DNA of 64,000 nt from Mobula hypostoma (taxonomy: Eukaryota): NCBI RefSeq assembly GCF_963921235.1, contig NC_086097.1:14074001-14138000 (forward strand). Reading direction: 5' to 3'. This document shows positions 62,481-64,000 of the stretch, in pieces (position 1 is the stretch's first letter; every line of letters starts with the position of its first letter). Under the pieces are notes generated by a model, which had not been told where the DNA came from, made no database searches, and saw only the letters and a list, made by a program, of their open reading frames with translations. A program made the translations under genes and the position numbers.

Positions 62481-63930
62481 TTAAAGCTCAGCTGAACTAC
62501 CTGCTGGGCGGGAAGTGAGGGGCTGGAGTGGTTGGGGTGAGGTGGAGACGGGGTTTGGAGATTGTGGAAACATTGTTTGGCACACTTTGGATTGGTTCTT
62601 CAGTTTTCCTTCCTTTGATTAAGGGAAGGGGTTAAAAAAAAGGTAATCAACAGTTCCTGCTGTCCCAACTCACTGCACAGCCGCTTTGACATGCGACATT
62701 ACATAAAATAGCTCATGACTCACTCCTTGCCATCTATCGCCAGCATAGTGCCACTCAGAAATTCTGCTGCAATTCAGCCAAATTGTACGCTTTAAAATAT
62801 GTGAGTCTCTTTTCACACGAAATGGATTGACTTCCCTCGCCACACCACAGATTTCCTATCATCACACCGTGTCAATAATCTCCAAATCGAAGCGAGATCC
62901 TCCGATTCCCCTGATTGCGTTAATCTTCCTAATGACAAATTAGCATTCTTCACATTCTGTTCTTATATTTCAAAATTAACACTGCAGTTCCAAGGGAGAA
63001 GGAATCAGCCGTTCTCCCTAATGCCTCCATGGACTGCTTGACGCATAACAGATTTCCAACATCCCTTTTAAAACATTTCAGCTCGCGAGGCACAAGAAAT
63101 AATTTATAATCTGGCTATCAGATGCAGCTATTTTCTCACTTTATGTTGGGCTGGTGGGAAATGAAGGGTTCGGGGGGTGGGGGGAGTAGTAAGTTTTGAG
63201 TCAGGGATTTAATAGCAAATGGAAGCAAATTTTGATGTCAGAGGCAACTCTATCAAGCCGCCGATTTGTATCTTTTCAAAGATCAGGTTTAAATTTGCAC
63301 CGCTCTTGAAATAAATTGCTCTAAATGTCCAAAATGAGCTCTGTGCATCCAATTCAAATTACGCTTTCTAAAATTCATCCACCTGAGCTGGAGATTGTTC
63401 TAAAGATGTTTACTTGAAGAGAGAGAGAGAAAAAAGATAAACTGAGAAAACTTCTCTATCAAACAGACGATGAGCCTTTGGTGAAATTTCCATTTATTTC
63501 AGAAAATCTCCAACCTAAGAAGCCCATGATATTTTGGATTTTGTCCTCGGGGATTCTATTAAATCCTGGGAAGTAGAGCGCAAAATCTTATTGGAGTTTG
63601 CAATCTGTCCCACAGGATCTTTCTGGATTTTTTTTTTTTTTTTTGCCCATCAACTTCTATGATTCTAACAAGATTTTTGAATCAGATCTCCTCTGGGATA
63701 TTTTGGGATGGAATATACTAATAAAGAAAGTCTTGGTGCTGTGTAGCTGATTACTCCCTCCTGGAAATAGTGTCAGGATGTTGCACCATGCTTCTCGAGT
63801 GCTTTAGAAGGGAAGGGATAAAAACACCATACTCCTCTGTATTGCAGAAGAGACGCCTTAACTATTTGTGTCCTGCTTCCAAAAGGTGTTTTCTGATAAT
63901 ATCTCATGGCAATTGTTTTAACCTGTAGAA

Positions 63931-63986
63931 CGGTTAGTTCCGCTGGTCAGATGCCAAGGTCATGGGATCGATCCTTATACTGTCCA
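63931..63986 (+). pseudogene. tRNA-Ile(AAT)-like pseudogene or SINE head lacking the anticodon arm
   Basis: CGGTTAGTTCCGCTGGTCAGA / TGCCAAGGTCATGGGATCGATCCTTATACTGTCCA aligns with the recalled vertebrate tRNA-Ile-AAT apart from a ~15-nt internal deletion. Confidence 0.5.
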
Positions 63987-64000
63987 AGCGTTTGCTCTGG

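Overview
This is repeat-saturated vertebrate non-coding DNA, not prokaryotic. The mix of CR1, V-SINE, Deu-type SINE, Rex1 and Penelope families suggests a cartilaginous fish such as a ray (inference). I found no convincing host protein-coding exon. The largest elements are: (1) a decayed hAT/Buster transposon (7223-10081) inserted in a CR1 3' end; (2) a decayed Penelope-like element with RT and GIY-YIG domains (20456-25845, minus strand), interrupted by a 5'-truncated CR1 LINE (22183-25243); (3) a full-length but decayed chromodomain-bearing Ty3/Gypsy element of the Tf1/Sushi type (32356-37813). Around these lie many CR1, Rex1, RTE-derived, V-SINE and Tc1 fragments. The most notable signals are minimal hammerhead-ribozyme motifs in Penelope-derived fold-back inserts, a self-priming PBS and a frameshift-like hairpin in the Gypsy element, two apparently locally templated inverted insertions, and a few TE-free candidate enhancers. 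All coordinates, alignments and mismatch counts were done by eye. Family names come from recalled motifs, not database searches.
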